A stretch of DNA of 64,000 nt from an uncultured Acidaminobacter sp. (GCA_963677505.2 CAXXWB010000045.1:6870-70869); one strand, 5' to 3'. Shown: positions 35,764 through 46,272, counted from the stretch's first letter. The notes: generated by a model not told the origin, from the letters alone. Numbers and translations are program-made.

Positions 35764-36873
35764 TTATTTTTTCTCAAGAAGTTCTTTGATCATACCTGTG
35801 GCATCAAGATAAGGGGCAATGGACTGATCGTAGTTTAATTTATTGACCACACGGGCCATAAAATTAGACAGGTCAACCTCTGTAAACCACTCAGCATTTC
35901 TTACACTCTCAGGAATATAAGTCAGGTTAGTAGAATATACTCGAGTAATGATGCCTTCTTTATACAACTTTTCAAATTTCTCAATACCCTCGGTAAAGAA
36001 ACAGAAAGTAGAAGCCACATAAACATTCCGAGCGTTTCTAGCTTTAAGTTCGTGGGCTATATCCACAACGGATTCCCCTGAAGCAATCATATCGTCCACA
36101 ATGAGAACGTCAACACCTGTCACATCGCGACCTAAATATTCATGTTGAATAATAGGATTTTTCCCATTGACGACTTGCGAGTGATCTCTTCTCTTATAGA
36201 AAAGGCCAATATCTACACCAAGAACCCCTGAATAGTAAACCGCACGGTCCATAGCGCCTGTGTCAGGGCTTATGACCAAAAGATTATCCTTATGCAAAAT
36301 CAGTTCTTGTTCATTGGTAATAAAGCTTTTGACAATTTCATAAGTTGGGTACAGGTTTTCAAATGAGGTGAGTGTAATAGCATTTTGCACATTTGGGTCA
36401 TGAGCATCAAAGGTAATGATTTCATGTACGCCGAGTCTTTCGAGCTCTTGAAGAGCCATTGCACAATCAAGAGATTCTCTGCCTTTTCTGCGGTGTTGTC
36501 TTGAGGCATAGAGCAGGGGCATGATTACAGTGATGCGATTGGCTTTGCCTCTAATGGCAGAAATGGTACGTTTAATATCTTGGAAATGTTCATCTGGGCC
36601 CATGTGATTTTCAAAGCCAAACATATTGTATGCAATATTGTAATTGCCTACATCTGCAAGAATATAAATGTCTTTACCACGAACAGTTTCGTCTAAAATT
36701 ACTTTTCCTTCTCCATTAGAGAAACGGATGTCTTTGGACTTAATTAAAAATGAACGTTCAACATCTCTTTTAGCTCGAATATGCTCGTCGATTTTTTGTC
36801 CCATTTCAGCGCAGCTTTGAAGAACGATAATTCCCAATTCCCCGTTAGTTGGTACATTAGTAAAGTGAGCCAT
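35764..36873 (-). CDS. prs: Ribose-phosphate pyrophosphokinase (long form)
   Basis: 369 aa. PRPP-binding loop VLIVDDMIASGESV; RRKGRESL region. Confidence 0.8.
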   Translation of the reverse strand: MAHFTNVPTNGELGIIVLQSCAEMGQKIDEHIRAKRDVERSFLIKSKDIRFSNGEGKVILDETVRGKDIYILADVGNYNIAYNMFGFENHMGPDEHFQDIKRTISAIRGKANRITVIMPLLYASRQHRRKGRESLDCAMALQELERLGVHEIITFDAHDPNVQNAITLTSFENLYPTYEIVKSFITNEQELILHKDNLLVISPDTGAMDRAVYYSGVLGVDIGLFYKRRDHSQVVNGKNPIIQHEYLGRDVTGVDVLIVDDMIASGESVVDIAHELKARNARNVYVASTFCFFTEGIEKFEKLYKEGIITRVYSTNLTYIPESVRNAEWFTEVDLSNFMARVVNKLNYDQSIAPYLDATGMIKELLEKK

Positions 36874-36918
36874 GACAATCTCCTATAATCATTTGTTCAG
36901 AGGGGTTTCAAATATAAA

Positions 36919-38160
36919 TTAACAATTTGCCATAAAAGCTTCAATGGCTTCAGGCGTCTTGATAATTGCTTCTGAGAGGACTTTGCGACCATCTGTTGTA
37001 ACGAGTACATCGTCTTCAATTCTAATGCCAATGCCTTCTTCGGCGATGTAGAGCCCTGGTTCTACGGTGAATACCATACCTGGTTCCAGTGTGCCTTCTC
37101 TGTCGCAAAGATCGTGAACATCTAAACCGAGGTGATGGCTGACACCGTGATAGTAATATTTTGAAAGCTCATCAATCGTAGCAATCAAACCGATTTTAAT
37201 CAATTCTTCTGAAAGGACATTTCGACAAGTTTCATTAAGGGTTGTGAAAGCAATCCCTGGCTTCATAATATCAATAACCGCTTGTTCTGCTTTTAAGACG
37301 ATGTTATAGATTTCTCTTTGTCTATCTGTGAATTTGCCGTTCACTGGATATGTTCTAGTAATATCCGCCGCATATTCTTTATATTGAGCCCCTAAGTCAA
37401 GAAGCACCAAAGTATTGTCTTCAAGAGGTCTATTGTTCTCAACATAGTGTAAAATAACAGCTTCTGAGCCACTGGCAGCAATAGTAGGGAAGGAAGAGCC
37501 GTCTGCGCCGTTCATACGAATAGAGTGGGCAAAGGTTGCTTCTAATTGATATTCCATAGCACCAGGCTTCAAGAATTTCATAATAGATTCAAGACCTTCT
37601 TTGGTCATATCGATGGCTTTTTGCATTTGATCAATTTCTTGAGTTTCCTTAACCATTCGAAGTTTAGTGGCAATAGGATGAATAGTACCCACTGGTATAA
37701 ATGGGAATCTCTTTTGAATTTCTAGCATTTGCTTATGTCCATAAGAATCGGCTTCATAATAACCTAGTTTTTCTAAGTCAAATACCAGTTTTTTTACTTT
37801 ATCCGCATAAACTAAGCGTGTGAGCCATGCTTCAAATTCTTGGGTATACTGAACCGTTTCAACGCCAGATATTGCTGATGCAGTTTCTTTTGAAATCTTT
37901 CTGCCATACCATTTTTCCACATCATAATTGGGCATTTCAATGAACAGATTGGTCACAATAGCACCGTTTTGTTTATGGAGTGCAACAACAAAATTTTCTT
38001 GATTTAAGCCTGTAAAATAGAAGAAGTTCTTATTCGGCTTAAAGGTGTAATTAGCGTCTGCAGTGCTTTTAGGTGCATTTCCTTGATATAGGATCACAAG
38101 ATCGCCATCGTTTAAATACGAATTAAGTTTCTCGCGGTTTTTAATAAATAGTTTTTTCAT
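36919..38160 (-). CDS. Xaa-Pro aminopeptidase / M24B family peptidase
   Basis: ATG after GGAGG; the ORF track adds 5 codons upstream. Pita-bread metal-ligand regions DLGAQYKEYAADITRT, HGVSHHLGLDVHD and EPGLYI..GIRIED. Confidence 0.8.
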   Translation of the reverse strand: MKKLFIKNREKLNSYLNDGDLVILYQGNAPKSTADANYTFKPNKNFFYFTGLNQENFVVALHKQNGAIVTNLFIEMPNYDVEKWYGRKISKETASAISGVETVQYTQEFEAWLTRLVYADKVKKLVFDLEKLGYYEADSYGHKQMLEIQKRFPFIPVGTIHPIATKLRMVKETQEIDQMQKAIDMTKEGLESIMKFLKPGAMEYQLEATFAHSIRMNGADGSSFPTIAASGSEAVILHYVENNRPLEDNTLVLLDLGAQYKEYAADITRTYPVNGKFTDRQREIYNIVLKAEQAVIDIMKPGIAFTTLNETCRNVLSEELIKIGLIATIDELSKYYYHGVSHHLGLDVHDLCDREGTLEPGMVFTVEPGLYIAEEGIGIRIEDDVLVTTDGRKVLSEAIIKTPEAIEAFMANC

Positions 38161-38281
38161 GAGCAAAACCTCCAAAATATGTGATATCTTAATGATATAT
38201 GATTTTCCCTAGGGAATTGCATAAAAAATTAAAAATAAAAAAGATGATTTTGTAATAAGTCACCTGTGAAAGGACGGTTTT

Positions 38282-38569
38282 ATGATTCAAGTTGTCGCTA
38301 AAAAATTTATTATTCCAAGTCAAGTAGAAGCGTATATTGAAACCACACGTGAACTCATTGAATTAACTCGAAAAGAAGAGGGTTGTATTCAATATTCTCT
38401 GTGCCAAGACACAAAGACACCTACCGTTATTAGTTTTATTGAGCAGTGGGAGAGTAGAGCCCATCTAAAAGCGCATATGGAAACAGAACATTTCCAACGA
38501 TTAGTGCCACTTCTTGCTACATTTAGCGAAAAAGAAGGAGAACTCAATATTTACGAGGTTCTCATCTAA
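38282..38569 (+). CDS. Antibiotic biosynthesis monooxygenase (ABM) domain protein
   Basis: 95 aa. ..EEGCIQYSLCQD..FIEQWESRAHLKAHMETEHF. Confidence 0.65.
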   Translation: MIQVVAKKFIIPSQVEAYIETTRELIELTRKEEGCIQYSLCQDTKTPTVISFIEQWESRAHLKAHMETEHFQRLVPLLATFSEKEGELNIYEVLI

Positions 38570-38627
38570 TATCAATGAACACACCTAAATGATATACATT
38601 TTTGGCAAATACATTTATTAAAAATTT

Positions 38628-38678
38628 AAAGGGCTGTCTCAATACATGATATCAAATCATTCTGAGACAGCCCTTTTT
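38628..38678. terminator. Long-stem hairpin terminator between the ABM gene and tRNA-Sec
   Basis: aaagggctgtctca / tgagacagcccttt 14-bp stem followed by a T-run. Confidence 0.6.
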
Positions 38679-38683
38679 GAGTT

Positions 38684-38780
38684 TGGCGGGAGTACGTGGG
38701 AATCGAACCCACCTAAGAGGCTCTTAACCCCTCAAACTGGTTTTGAAGACCAGAGGACACACCAGCACCCATCTACCCCC
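38684..38780 (-). tRNA. selC: tRNA-Sec (anticodon UCA)
   Basis: 97 nt on the minus strand: GGGGGTAG..CTGGT-CTTCAAA-ACCAG..GTGGGTTCGATTCCCAC-GTACTCCC-G-CCA. 7-nt anticodon loop with UCA; about 22-nt variable arm; extended acceptor stem; possible 6-bp D-stem with 4-nt loop; encoded CCA. Confidence 0.85.
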
Positions 38781-38832
38781 AAGCGTAAGGATGATAAATT
38801 AGAATCATACCAAGCCATAGTAACATATTTGG

Positions 38833-39420
38833 TTAAAACTTGAAAGTATTTTCTTCACCTTTAATAATCTTATTAATATTAGAACGATGTCTGTAAATAA
38901 TGAAAGCAGAGAGGAATACTGAACAGCCTACGTAGATATTTGAAGTATTCATAATAACCGCCATGACAGGCAGTAACAGTGCAGCAATCATAGAAGACAG
39001 GGACATCATTTTAAACACTTTAAGCGTTGTAAGATGAACGATTAAAATGATCAGTCCAATCAAAGGTTGGGTAAAAACTACCATGCCAGCAGCTGTTGCC
39101 ACACCTTTTCCACCTTTAAAGCCAAGGGAGAAGGGAAAACAATGGCCTACAACAGCAATTGTTGCGCAAATAGCAGCACCATCTTTGCCCATAACAAGAT
39201 AACCAATAAGAGCAGTAATACCACCCTTTAAAAAGTCACCTAGAAAGGCAATTAAACCAACTTTTCTGCCAAGTATTCTATAAACATTGGTTGCGCCTGT
39301 ATTCCCGCTGCCATGTCTTCTAATGTCTACATTGCCTAGGTATTTACTGACAATATATGAAAAGGGAATACTCCCCAAAAGATAGCCAATAACGATTAGT
39401 AGTAGAAAATAGTAGTTCAT
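38833..39420 (-). CDS. plsY: Glycerol-3-phosphate acyltransferase PlsY
   Basis: 195 aa membrane protein with GSGNTGATNV and FKGGKGVAT motifs. Confidence 0.85.
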   Translation of the reverse strand: MNYYFLLLIVIGYLLGSIPFSYIVSKYLGNVDIRRHGSGNTGATNVYRILGRKVGLIAFLGDFLKGGITALIGYLVMGKDGAAICATIAVVGHCFPFSLGFKGGKGVATAAGMVVFTQPLIGLIILIVHLTTLKVFKMMSLSSMIAALLLPVMAVIMNTSNIYVGCSVFLSAFIIYRHRSNINKIIKGEENTFKF

Positions 39421-39524
39421 ATTAAGACCTCCTGTTTAATTTTCAATTTATTGTACCATAAAAACACAAAATGCACTATGTCTTTCAATCAATTTCAGTC
39501 CTTATAGAGGAATAAAAGAAAAAA

Positions 39525-40907
39525 ATGAGGTGGCCTATGAGAGGTATGTTTTTGTTCCAAAGAGATCTAAGAACTGAAGATCAAGTGGGGTTGGCTACAG
39601 CTATTAGCAGTTGTGATGAAATCTTACTAGGGGCGGTATTTGATTCTAAGCTACAAAAATTATCGACTAAGTCTCCGTATAGTCATAATGCCATTGAAAG
39701 ATTCACTGCATTAATGGCATTAGAAAGTCATTTAAGGGATATGAACATTCCACTTGCCGTCCATGTGGGCTCTATGGTGCCGTGGGTTTTAGAACTTTGT
39801 CGTGACTATCAAATTGAAAAAGTATGGCTCAACCAAGTTTACGAACCCGCCTACGTAAAAGCCTATCGTGAATTAGAAGAAGGACTCAGAGCACAAAACG
39901 TCACCCTTATATGCTGCTCCGATGATTTTGGCGTTCCAATAGAGAGCCTCCACAAAGGGGATGGTCTAGTATACAAGGTGTTCACACCCTTTTATAAATA
40001 TTGGAGAAGTCATCTTAATCTAGAAGAAATGTCATTATATATAATTCCTTGGAGGAATATCAATATTTTTATAGAATTAAATACAATAACTTCCACATCA
40101 AGCAGTATTAAATTATCCAAGTGGCAGGAAATAAAAATAGAAATCCTTAAATTGAAAAAAGGTCGCCCTATTTTAGACGAGGATTACTACCAAAATGGTT
40201 GGCATGTTTTTTTATCTGAAAAAATAAAAGCCTATGACAGTCTCCGAGATTATCCATCTAGTGATGGGACGTCTCAACTCTCAGTTGCTATAAACAACGG
40301 AATGATCAGTTATAGGCAATTGGTGAGAGAAGCTTACTTAAATCCTGATGGAGAAGCCTTTTTGAGACAATTGGCATGGCGCCAGTTTTATCAAATCATT
40401 CTAATGAACTTCCCAAATGTGGAAAAAGAATCATTCAGAGAGGTCTACCGCAATTTGGTTTGGCCAAATAATCCTGAACTATTCCAGAAATGGAAGGATG
40501 GTCAAACTGGGTTTCCAATTGTTGATGCTGCAATGAGACAACTTAAATCTGAGGGAAATATGCACAATCGACTTCGCATGGTTTGTGCGTCCTTTTTGGT
40601 AAAGCATTTAGGCGTAGATTGGCGACTAGGAGAGGCCTACTTTTATGAAATGCTCCGAGATGGGGATTTAGCACTGAACAACGGTGGTTGGCAGTGGTGC
40701 GCATCCACAGGAACAGATGCACAGCCTTATTTTCGAATATTTAACCCTATAAGACAGGCTGAAAGGTATGACTCAGATCATATTTATATTTCTCGCTGGA
40801 TAGAAGATTCAGTAGAGCCATGCGTTGACTTAAAGGTTATGTCAAATTGGACCATCCAACACTATAAAAAAGCAAGGGAAGGGGTTTTCGACAGTGGAAA
40901 TGTTTAA
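39525..40907 (+). CDS. Deoxyribodipyrimidine photolyase / cryptochrome family
   Basis: 460 aa; the start may be ATG 39537. FAD-binding C-terminus WRQFY.., GWQWCASTGTDAQPYFRIFNP. Confidence 0.85.
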   Translation: MRWPMRGMFLFQRDLRTEDQVGLATAISSCDEILLGAVFDSKLQKLSTKSPYSHNAIERFTALMALESHLRDMNIPLAVHVGSMVPWVLELCRDYQIEKVWLNQVYEPAYVKAYRELEEGLRAQNVTLICCSDDFGVPIESLHKGDGLVYKVFTPFYKYWRSHLNLEEMSLYIIPWRNINIFIELNTITSTSSSIKLSKWQEIKIEILKLKKGRPILDEDYYQNGWHVFLSEKIKAYDSLRDYPSSDGTSQLSVAINNGMISYRQLVREAYLNPDGEAFLRQLAWRQFYQIILMNFPNVEKESFREVYRNLVWPNNPELFQKWKDGQTGFPIVDAAMRQLKSEGNMHNRLRMVCASFLVKHLGVDWRLGEAYFYEMLRDGDLALNNGGWQWCASTGTDAQPYFRIFNPIRQAERYDSDHIYISRWIEDSVEPCVDLKVMSNWTIQHYKKAREGVFDSGNV

Positions 40908-41823
40908 ACTGTTAGGTGCAGATAATCTAGAACTTCAAGGTATAAAATGGGATGAAGTTGAGTCGCCTCTCGGTGTGGTTCAAATTTCTCATGGAATGGC
41001 AGAACATTTGTCCAGATATACTGAATTTGCTGAGTTTTTAAACTGTAACAGATTCATCGTTTACGGACATGACCATAGAGGCCACGGTGATAGTGCTAAA
41101 ACGGAAGAAGATTATGGCTATTTAAGCCATGAAGAGGGTTGGCATAAGTTGGTGTCAGACCTAAATCTTATGACTCTAAAAATAAAAGAAGACTATCCAA
41201 GTTTACCAATATATCTATTTGGACATAGCATGGGGTCCTTTGCACTTAGAGACTATCTAACCCAATATGGGAACAATATTGATGGGGCAATTATTTGTGG
41301 AACAGGGAATAACCCTAATTGGCTTAACCATTTGGCCCTTTGGTTTGCTAAGAGAGAATGTAATCAAAAAGGACCAAGGCATCGGTCAACTTTAATGACA
41401 AAGCTTTCTTTTGGTAGTTATAATAAAAAATTTAAGCCCAACAAAACAGATTTCGATTGGCTTAGCAGAGATGAAATTCAAGTTTACAAATATATTGAGG
41501 ATTCAGAATGTGGAAAGATATTTACCGCTCAGTTTTATGTGGATTTTTTAACGGGAATTATACAACTTTCCAAACAAGAAAATGTCAACAAAATACCAAA
41601 AGACAAACCGTATTTATTTATCTCAGGACAGGACGATCCACTTTCTAAAAATGGACAAGCCATTCAATTCGTTTCCGACCAGTTTAAACGTGCTGGTATT
41701 AGCCGTGTTCAAATGAAAATGTACCCAGGAGCCCGTCACGAACTCACCAATGAAGTTAATCGACAAGAAATATACTCTGATGTATTATTCTGGATTAATG
41801 AAAATATTAATAAATCTTATTAA
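40894..41823 (+). CDS. Alpha/beta hydrolase (lysophospholipase/monoacylglycerol lipase-like)
   Basis: 309 aa. HGMAEH, GHDHRGHG, nucleophile elbow GHSMGS. Confidence 0.75.
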   Translation: MEMFKLLGADNLELQGIKWDEVESPLGVVQISHGMAEHLSRYTEFAEFLNCNRFIVYGHDHRGHGDSAKTEEDYGYLSHEEGWHKLVSDLNLMTLKIKEDYPSLPIYLFGHSMGSFALRDYLTQYGNNIDGAIICGTGNNPNWLNHLALWFAKRECNQKGPRHRSTLMTKLSFGSYNKKFKPNKTDFDWLSRDEIQVYKYIEDSECGKIFTAQFYVDFLTGIIQLSKQENVNKIPKDKPYLFISGQDDPLSKNGQAIQFVSDQFKRAGISRVQMKMYPGARHELTNEVNRQEIYSDVLFWINENINKSY

Positions 41824-41930
41824 ATTCTGTTATTTCGTTCATAAATAATTTACATTTGACCTATTGAAGGGGCCTCGCCTCAGGCGTATAATTCAAGAAT
41901 ACTAAATAGATGTAATCGAGGTGGCTTCAA

Positions 41931-44900
41931 ATGTCAGTAAGCCTATGGGGCGGGCTTGATATCGGTTCAACGACAGTAAAAATGGTTATCATTGACGATC
42001 AAACGAACATCATACATAAGGAGTATGTTCGTCATGGATCTGAAATCAAAAAATCCGTTGAAGATATTATGCAAAACGCCTACAAGCATTTAGGAAATAT
42101 TAGCTTAAAGTTTCAAATAACAGGTTCTGGTGGTTTAGCACTGGCTGAACAACTAGGGATTCCATTTATACAGGAAGTGATAGCTGGAACTAAAGCGGTT
42201 GAACGCTTGTTCCCAGAAACAGATGTGGCAATCGAATTAGGTGGAGAGGACGCGAAAATCACCTTTTTCTCAACCCCAGTTGAACAGAGAATGAATGGTG
42301 TCTGTGCAGGTGGTACAGGTGCTTTTATTGATCAAATGGCTATTTTACTTGATACAGATGCTGCTGGTCTCAATGAACTGGCTAAAAACTATCATACACT
42401 TCACCCAATTGCCTCTCGTTGTGGTGTATTTGCCAAAACAGATATTCAGCCCCTTATCAACGAAGGGGTCCCAAAAGAAGATCTTGCGGCGTCAATTTTT
42501 CAAGCGGTGGTCAATCAAACTATCAGTGGTTTAGCATGTGGTAAATCAATCAAAGGCAAAGTGGCTTTCCTAGGTGGACCGCTATTTTTCTTATCTCAAC
42601 TTAGAGAAAGATTCTACAAGACCCTTGGTCTCACAGAAAACGAAATTATTGCCCCTGAATTTGCCCATTATATGGTTGCTTTAGGTTGTGCCGTTGAATC
42701 GGCTAAACAAACACCTGAGTTTACAATAGAAACCTTGATGGAGAAGATTAAAAATGGGGGGGACCTTCATAATATTGAGAGCGTATCCTTAGAGCCACTT
42801 TTCAAAGACGAAGAGGCTTATTTAGCGTTCCAGAAGAAGCATCAGACTTATAAGGTTAAACGCAACGAATTAGCAACCTACAAAGGACCTATTTTCCTTG
42901 GAATAGATGCAGGTTCCACAACCACTAAATTGATTGCCATTGACCAAGAAGGACAAGTGCTATATCAACATTATGACTCTAACAAAGGCAATCCCCTACA
43001 TTCTGCATGCATTGCCTTAACAGAATTGTACGACCTTATGCCTGAATGTACTTACATCGGGCAAAGCGTGGTCACTGGCTATGGGGAGCATCTTTTAAAA
43101 GCTGGCCTAATGATCGATGAAGGCGAAATTGAAACCATTACCCACTACCGAGGAGCAGAATACTTCCAACCAGGTGTCACCTTTGTCCTAGACATAGGTG
43201 GGCAAGATATGAAGAGCTTAAAGATTAAAAATGGCTTTATTGAAAGTATTATGCTCAATGAAGCCTGTTCTTCTGGTTGTGGTTCATTTATTGAAACCTT
43301 TGCCATTGCCATGGGTATGGATGTAAAATCCTTTGCAAAAGAAGCTGTTCACTCTTCTGAACCAGTAGATTTAGGTACACGCTGTACCGTATTCATGAAC
43401 TCAAAAGTTAAACAAGCGCAAAAAGAAGGGGCCAGTGTAGCAGATATTTCTGCGGGGATTGCTTACTCCGTCATTAAAAATGCCTTGTATAAAGTCATAC
43501 GTCTTAAGAATATCAAAGCCTTAGGAAACAAAATCGTAGTTCAAGGCGGTACCTTCTTTAACGATGCAGTGCTTAGAGCTTTTGAATTGACCACTGGAGT
43601 AGAAGTCATTCGTCCTGATATTTCAGGGCTTATGGGCGCCTTTGGTGCGGCGTTGATCGCAAAAGATAATTTTATAGAGGGAACTGTTTCCACTATTTTA
43701 CCTGCTTCAGAATTGTCTGATTTCAACGTAGAGATAACCAATGATAGATGCAAATTATGCGGGAATACATGTTTGCTCACTATTCAGACTTTTTCAAATG
43801 GCAAGCGCTTTGTTTCAGGCAATCGCTGTGAAAGAGGTCTAAAGGACCATACCGTTATAGATAGGGGTCCTAATTTCTTTGATTACAAATACAAAAGATT
43901 GTTCCAATATAAACCTCTTTCAAATGAAAAGGCTTATAGAGGCACAATTGGCATTCCTAGAGTTTTAAACATTTATGAGAATTATCCGTTCTGGTATCGT
44001 TTCTTTACAGATTTAGGGTACCGAGTGGAATTGTCAAGACGTTCTTCTAAAGAGGTTTATGGCAAAGGTATAGACTCTATTCCTTCAGAATCTGTTTGTT
44101 ACCCTGCTAAAATGGTCCATGGGCATATAGAGGACTTAATCGAGCGCGGTGTGAATAATATTTTCTATCCGAGTATTCCTTATGAAATCAAGGAATCTAT
44201 TAATGCGGATAATCACTATAATTGTCCAATTGTAACGTCTTACCCTGAGACCATTCGCCTCAATGTAGGACATATTGAAAAACCTGAAATTAACTACTTT
44301 AATCCATTTTTACCTTTGTTTGATCGAGACAAAATGGTTAAAATCACCCAAAGAGAAATGGCTAAATACGATATTGATCCTAGAGATATTGAGAGGGCAA
44401 TCGACTGCGCGTATGGTGAACTTGAAATCTATAAGAATGACCTTAAAATTAAAGCAGAAGAGATGATTGAACAGGCTAGAAAAGAAAATAGAAAAATTGT
44501 TATTCTTTCTGGACGTCCTTATCATATTGACCCTGAAATTAACCACGGGATTCCTCAAATGATTTCAAACTATGGCATGGCAGTTATTTCAGAAGATGCA
44601 ATTGTTCATTTATCTGACTTGACTAGACCCTTAAGAATCGTTGACCAGTGGGCGTACCATACGAGACTTTATCATGCCGCTGAATTTGTCAGCAAACATT
44701 CTGATATGGAACTCATTCAGCTCAATTCCTTTGGTTGCGGTTTAGATGCGGTAACCATCGACCAAGTTGAAGAAATTTTAGCTAAGAAAAATAAAACCCA
44801 TACGGTCATTAAAATCGATGAAATCAATAATTTAGGAGCGGCTCGGATTAGAGTTCGTTCACTGATGGCCGTCATGTCAGAAAGAAACAAAAGTGACGAA

Positions 44901-46226
44901 GATTTTAATAGGCTCAACAGAGGAGCATTAACCTCCCAAGAACGCCTTTCCTTGACTAAAAAAACAGTGAATAAAAAGGGCGCTAAGCCAGTTTCAACAC
45001 GAATAGAATTTACAAAGGCTATGAAGGAAACTCACACCATATTAGCCCCTCAAATGTCGCCTATGCATTTTAGACTCTTTGAGGCGGCGTTCCAAAGTGA
45101 GGGTTATAACCTAGTGGTATTACCTTCAGTAGATGAGTTGGCTATACAAGAAGGTCTTCAACATGTTCATAACGATGCATGTTATCCTTCAATTATTACC
45201 ATTGGTCAGATTATGGCAGCTTTAAAATCTGGTGAATATGATTTACACAACACCAGTGTCATTATCTCTCAAACAGGCGGCGGTTGCCGTGCGACTAATT
45301 ATATAGGATTTTTGAGAAAGGCATTGAAAGACTCAGGACTCGATCATATTCCCGTCATTTCTCTCAACTCAGGTGGCTTAGAAAAAAATGAAGGCTTTAA
45401 AATCTCGCCCAAATTATTGAACAAACTGGCTATAGGCTTGATTTACGGCGATTTATTTATGCGTTTGATTTATCAAGTCCGACCCTATGAAGTTGAAGTC
45501 GGCGCCACGAATGATTTGTATGAGAAATGGAATGATAAAGCAACATTCAATGTGGCGGGGGGTAAATTCTTGGCCTTTAAGAAGGATATGGCAAGTATCG
45601 TCAGTGATTTTGCCAACATTCCCGTTACCAATGAAAGTAAACCAAAGGTGGGTATTGTAGGGGAAATCCTTGTAAAATACCACCCTGTTGCCAACAATCA
45701 CTTGGTGGCAACTTTGGAAAATATGGGAGCAGAAGCCATTGTTCCTGACTTAACCGATTTCTTATTGTATTCAAGTTATAACAATACAATCAAAAATCAA
45801 TTATTAGATACCTCTTTAATGAAAAAATATACCAGCGATGTGGCCATTAAATTTATTGAGTACTATCGCAAAGAAATGCGAAAAGCCCTTGAATCTAGCA
45901 ATCGATTTACTGTCCCTAGTCGAATTGAAGAGAAGGCCCACTCAGCGTCTCAATTGATTTCCCTCGGTCACCAAACAGGGGAAGGATGGTTTTTGACGGC
46001 TGAAATGATTGAACTTCTCAATAGTGGTGTAAATAACATTGCTTGTCTTCAACCCTTTGCTTGTTTGCCAAATCACATTGTAGGAAAAGGCATGTTCAAA
46101 GCCCTTAAAAAGGCCTATCCCAATGCAAATATTGCAGGTATTGATTACGACCCAGGGGCCAGCGAAGTCAATCAAATGAATCGTATTCTTTTAATGATTA
46201 CGAATGCTAAAGACCATATTGGTTAA
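41931..46226 (+). CDS. Fusion protein: two BcrAD/BadFG/HgdC-type ATPase (activase) modules plus 2-hydroxyacyl-CoA dehydratase-like domains
   Basis: 1431 aa. Two LGIDxGSTTxK actin-fold starts (GLDIGSTTVKMV at the N-terminus, GIDAGSTTTKLI at about residue 325). Cys-rich linker CKLCGNTCLL. Long C-terminal region. Confidence 0.7.
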   Translation: MSVSLWGGLDIGSTTVKMVIIDDQTNIIHKEYVRHGSEIKKSVEDIMQNAYKHLGNISLKFQITGSGGLALAEQLGIPFIQEVIAGTKAVERLFPETDVAIELGGEDAKITFFSTPVEQRMNGVCAGGTGAFIDQMAILLDTDAAGLNELAKNYHTLHPIASRCGVFAKTDIQPLINEGVPKEDLAASIFQAVVNQTISGLACGKSIKGKVAFLGGPLFFLSQLRERFYKTLGLTENEIIAPEFAHYMVALGCAVESAKQTPEFTIETLMEKIKNGGDLHNIESVSLEPLFKDEEAYLAFQKKHQTYKVKRNELATYKGPIFLGIDAGSTTTKLIAIDQEGQVLYQHYDSNKGNPLHSACIALTELYDLMPECTYIGQSVVTGYGEHLLKAGLMIDEGEIETITHYRGAEYFQPGVTFVLDIGGQDMKSLKIKNGFIESIMLNEACSSGCGSFIETFAIAMGMDVKSFAKEAVHSSEPVDLGTRCTVFMNSKVKQAQKEGASVADISAGIAYSVIKNALYKVIRLKNIKALGNKIVVQGGTFFNDAVLRAFELTTGVEVIRPDISGLMGAFGAALIAKDNFIEGTVSTILPASELSDFNVEITNDRCKLCGNTCLLTIQTFSNGKRFVSGNRCERGLKDHTVIDRGPNFFDYKYKRLFQYKPLSNEKAYRGTIGIPRVLNIYENYPFWYRFFTDLGYRVELSRRSSKEVYGKGIDSIPSESVCYPAKMVHGHIEDLIERGVNNIFYPSIPYEIKESINADNHYNCPIVTSYPETIRLNVGHIEKPEINYFNPFLPLFDRDKMVKITQREMAKYDIDPRDIERAIDCAYGELEIYKNDLKIKAEEMIEQARKENRKIVILSGRPYHIDPEINHGIPQMISNYGMAVISEDAIVHLSDLTRPLRIVDQWAYHTRLYHAAEFVSKHSDMELIQLNSFGCGLDAVTIDQVEEILAKKNKTHTVIKIDEINNLGAARIRVRSLMAVMSERNKSDEDFNRLNRGALTSQERLSLTKKTVNKKGAKPVSTRIEFTKAMKETHTILAPQMSPMHFRLFEAAFQSEGYNLVVLPSVDELAIQEGLQHVHNDACYPSIITIGQIMAALKSGEYDLHNTSVIISQTGGGCRATNYIGFLRKALKDSGLDHIPVISLNSGGLEKNEGFKISPKLLNKLAIGLIYGDLFMRLIYQVRPYEVEVGATNDLYEKWNDKATFNVAGGKFLAFKKDMASIVSDFANIPVTNESKPKVGIVGEILVKYHPVANNHLVATLENMGAEAIVPDLTDFLLYSSYNNTIKNQLLDTSLMKKYTSDVAIKFIEYYRKEMRKALESSNRFTVPSRIEEKAHSASQLISLGHQTGEGWFLTAEMIELLNSGVNNIACLQPFACLPNHIVGKGMFKALKKAYPNANIAGIDYDPGASEVNQMNRILLMITNAKDHIG

Positions 46227-46272
46227 TAGAATTCGTTAAAATCTAGATAAACTTTAAGACAGTATAAATTTG

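Noticed and set aside
38646-38843. 65-aa ORF overlapping the tRNA-Sec locus.
   Set aside because: It is antisense to a well-formed tRNA and has no RBS, so it is spurious.
42295-46175. Short ORFs nested in or antisense to the 1431-aa gene. The same applies to similar nested ORFs in other long genes, for example 36300-36509, 47369-47554, 49270-49530, 55456-55668, 56177-56365, 56943-57927, 59808-59993 and 62350-62580.
   Set aside because: They are fully contained in longer ORFs with clear family motifs and lack RBSs. They are typical shadow ORFs.
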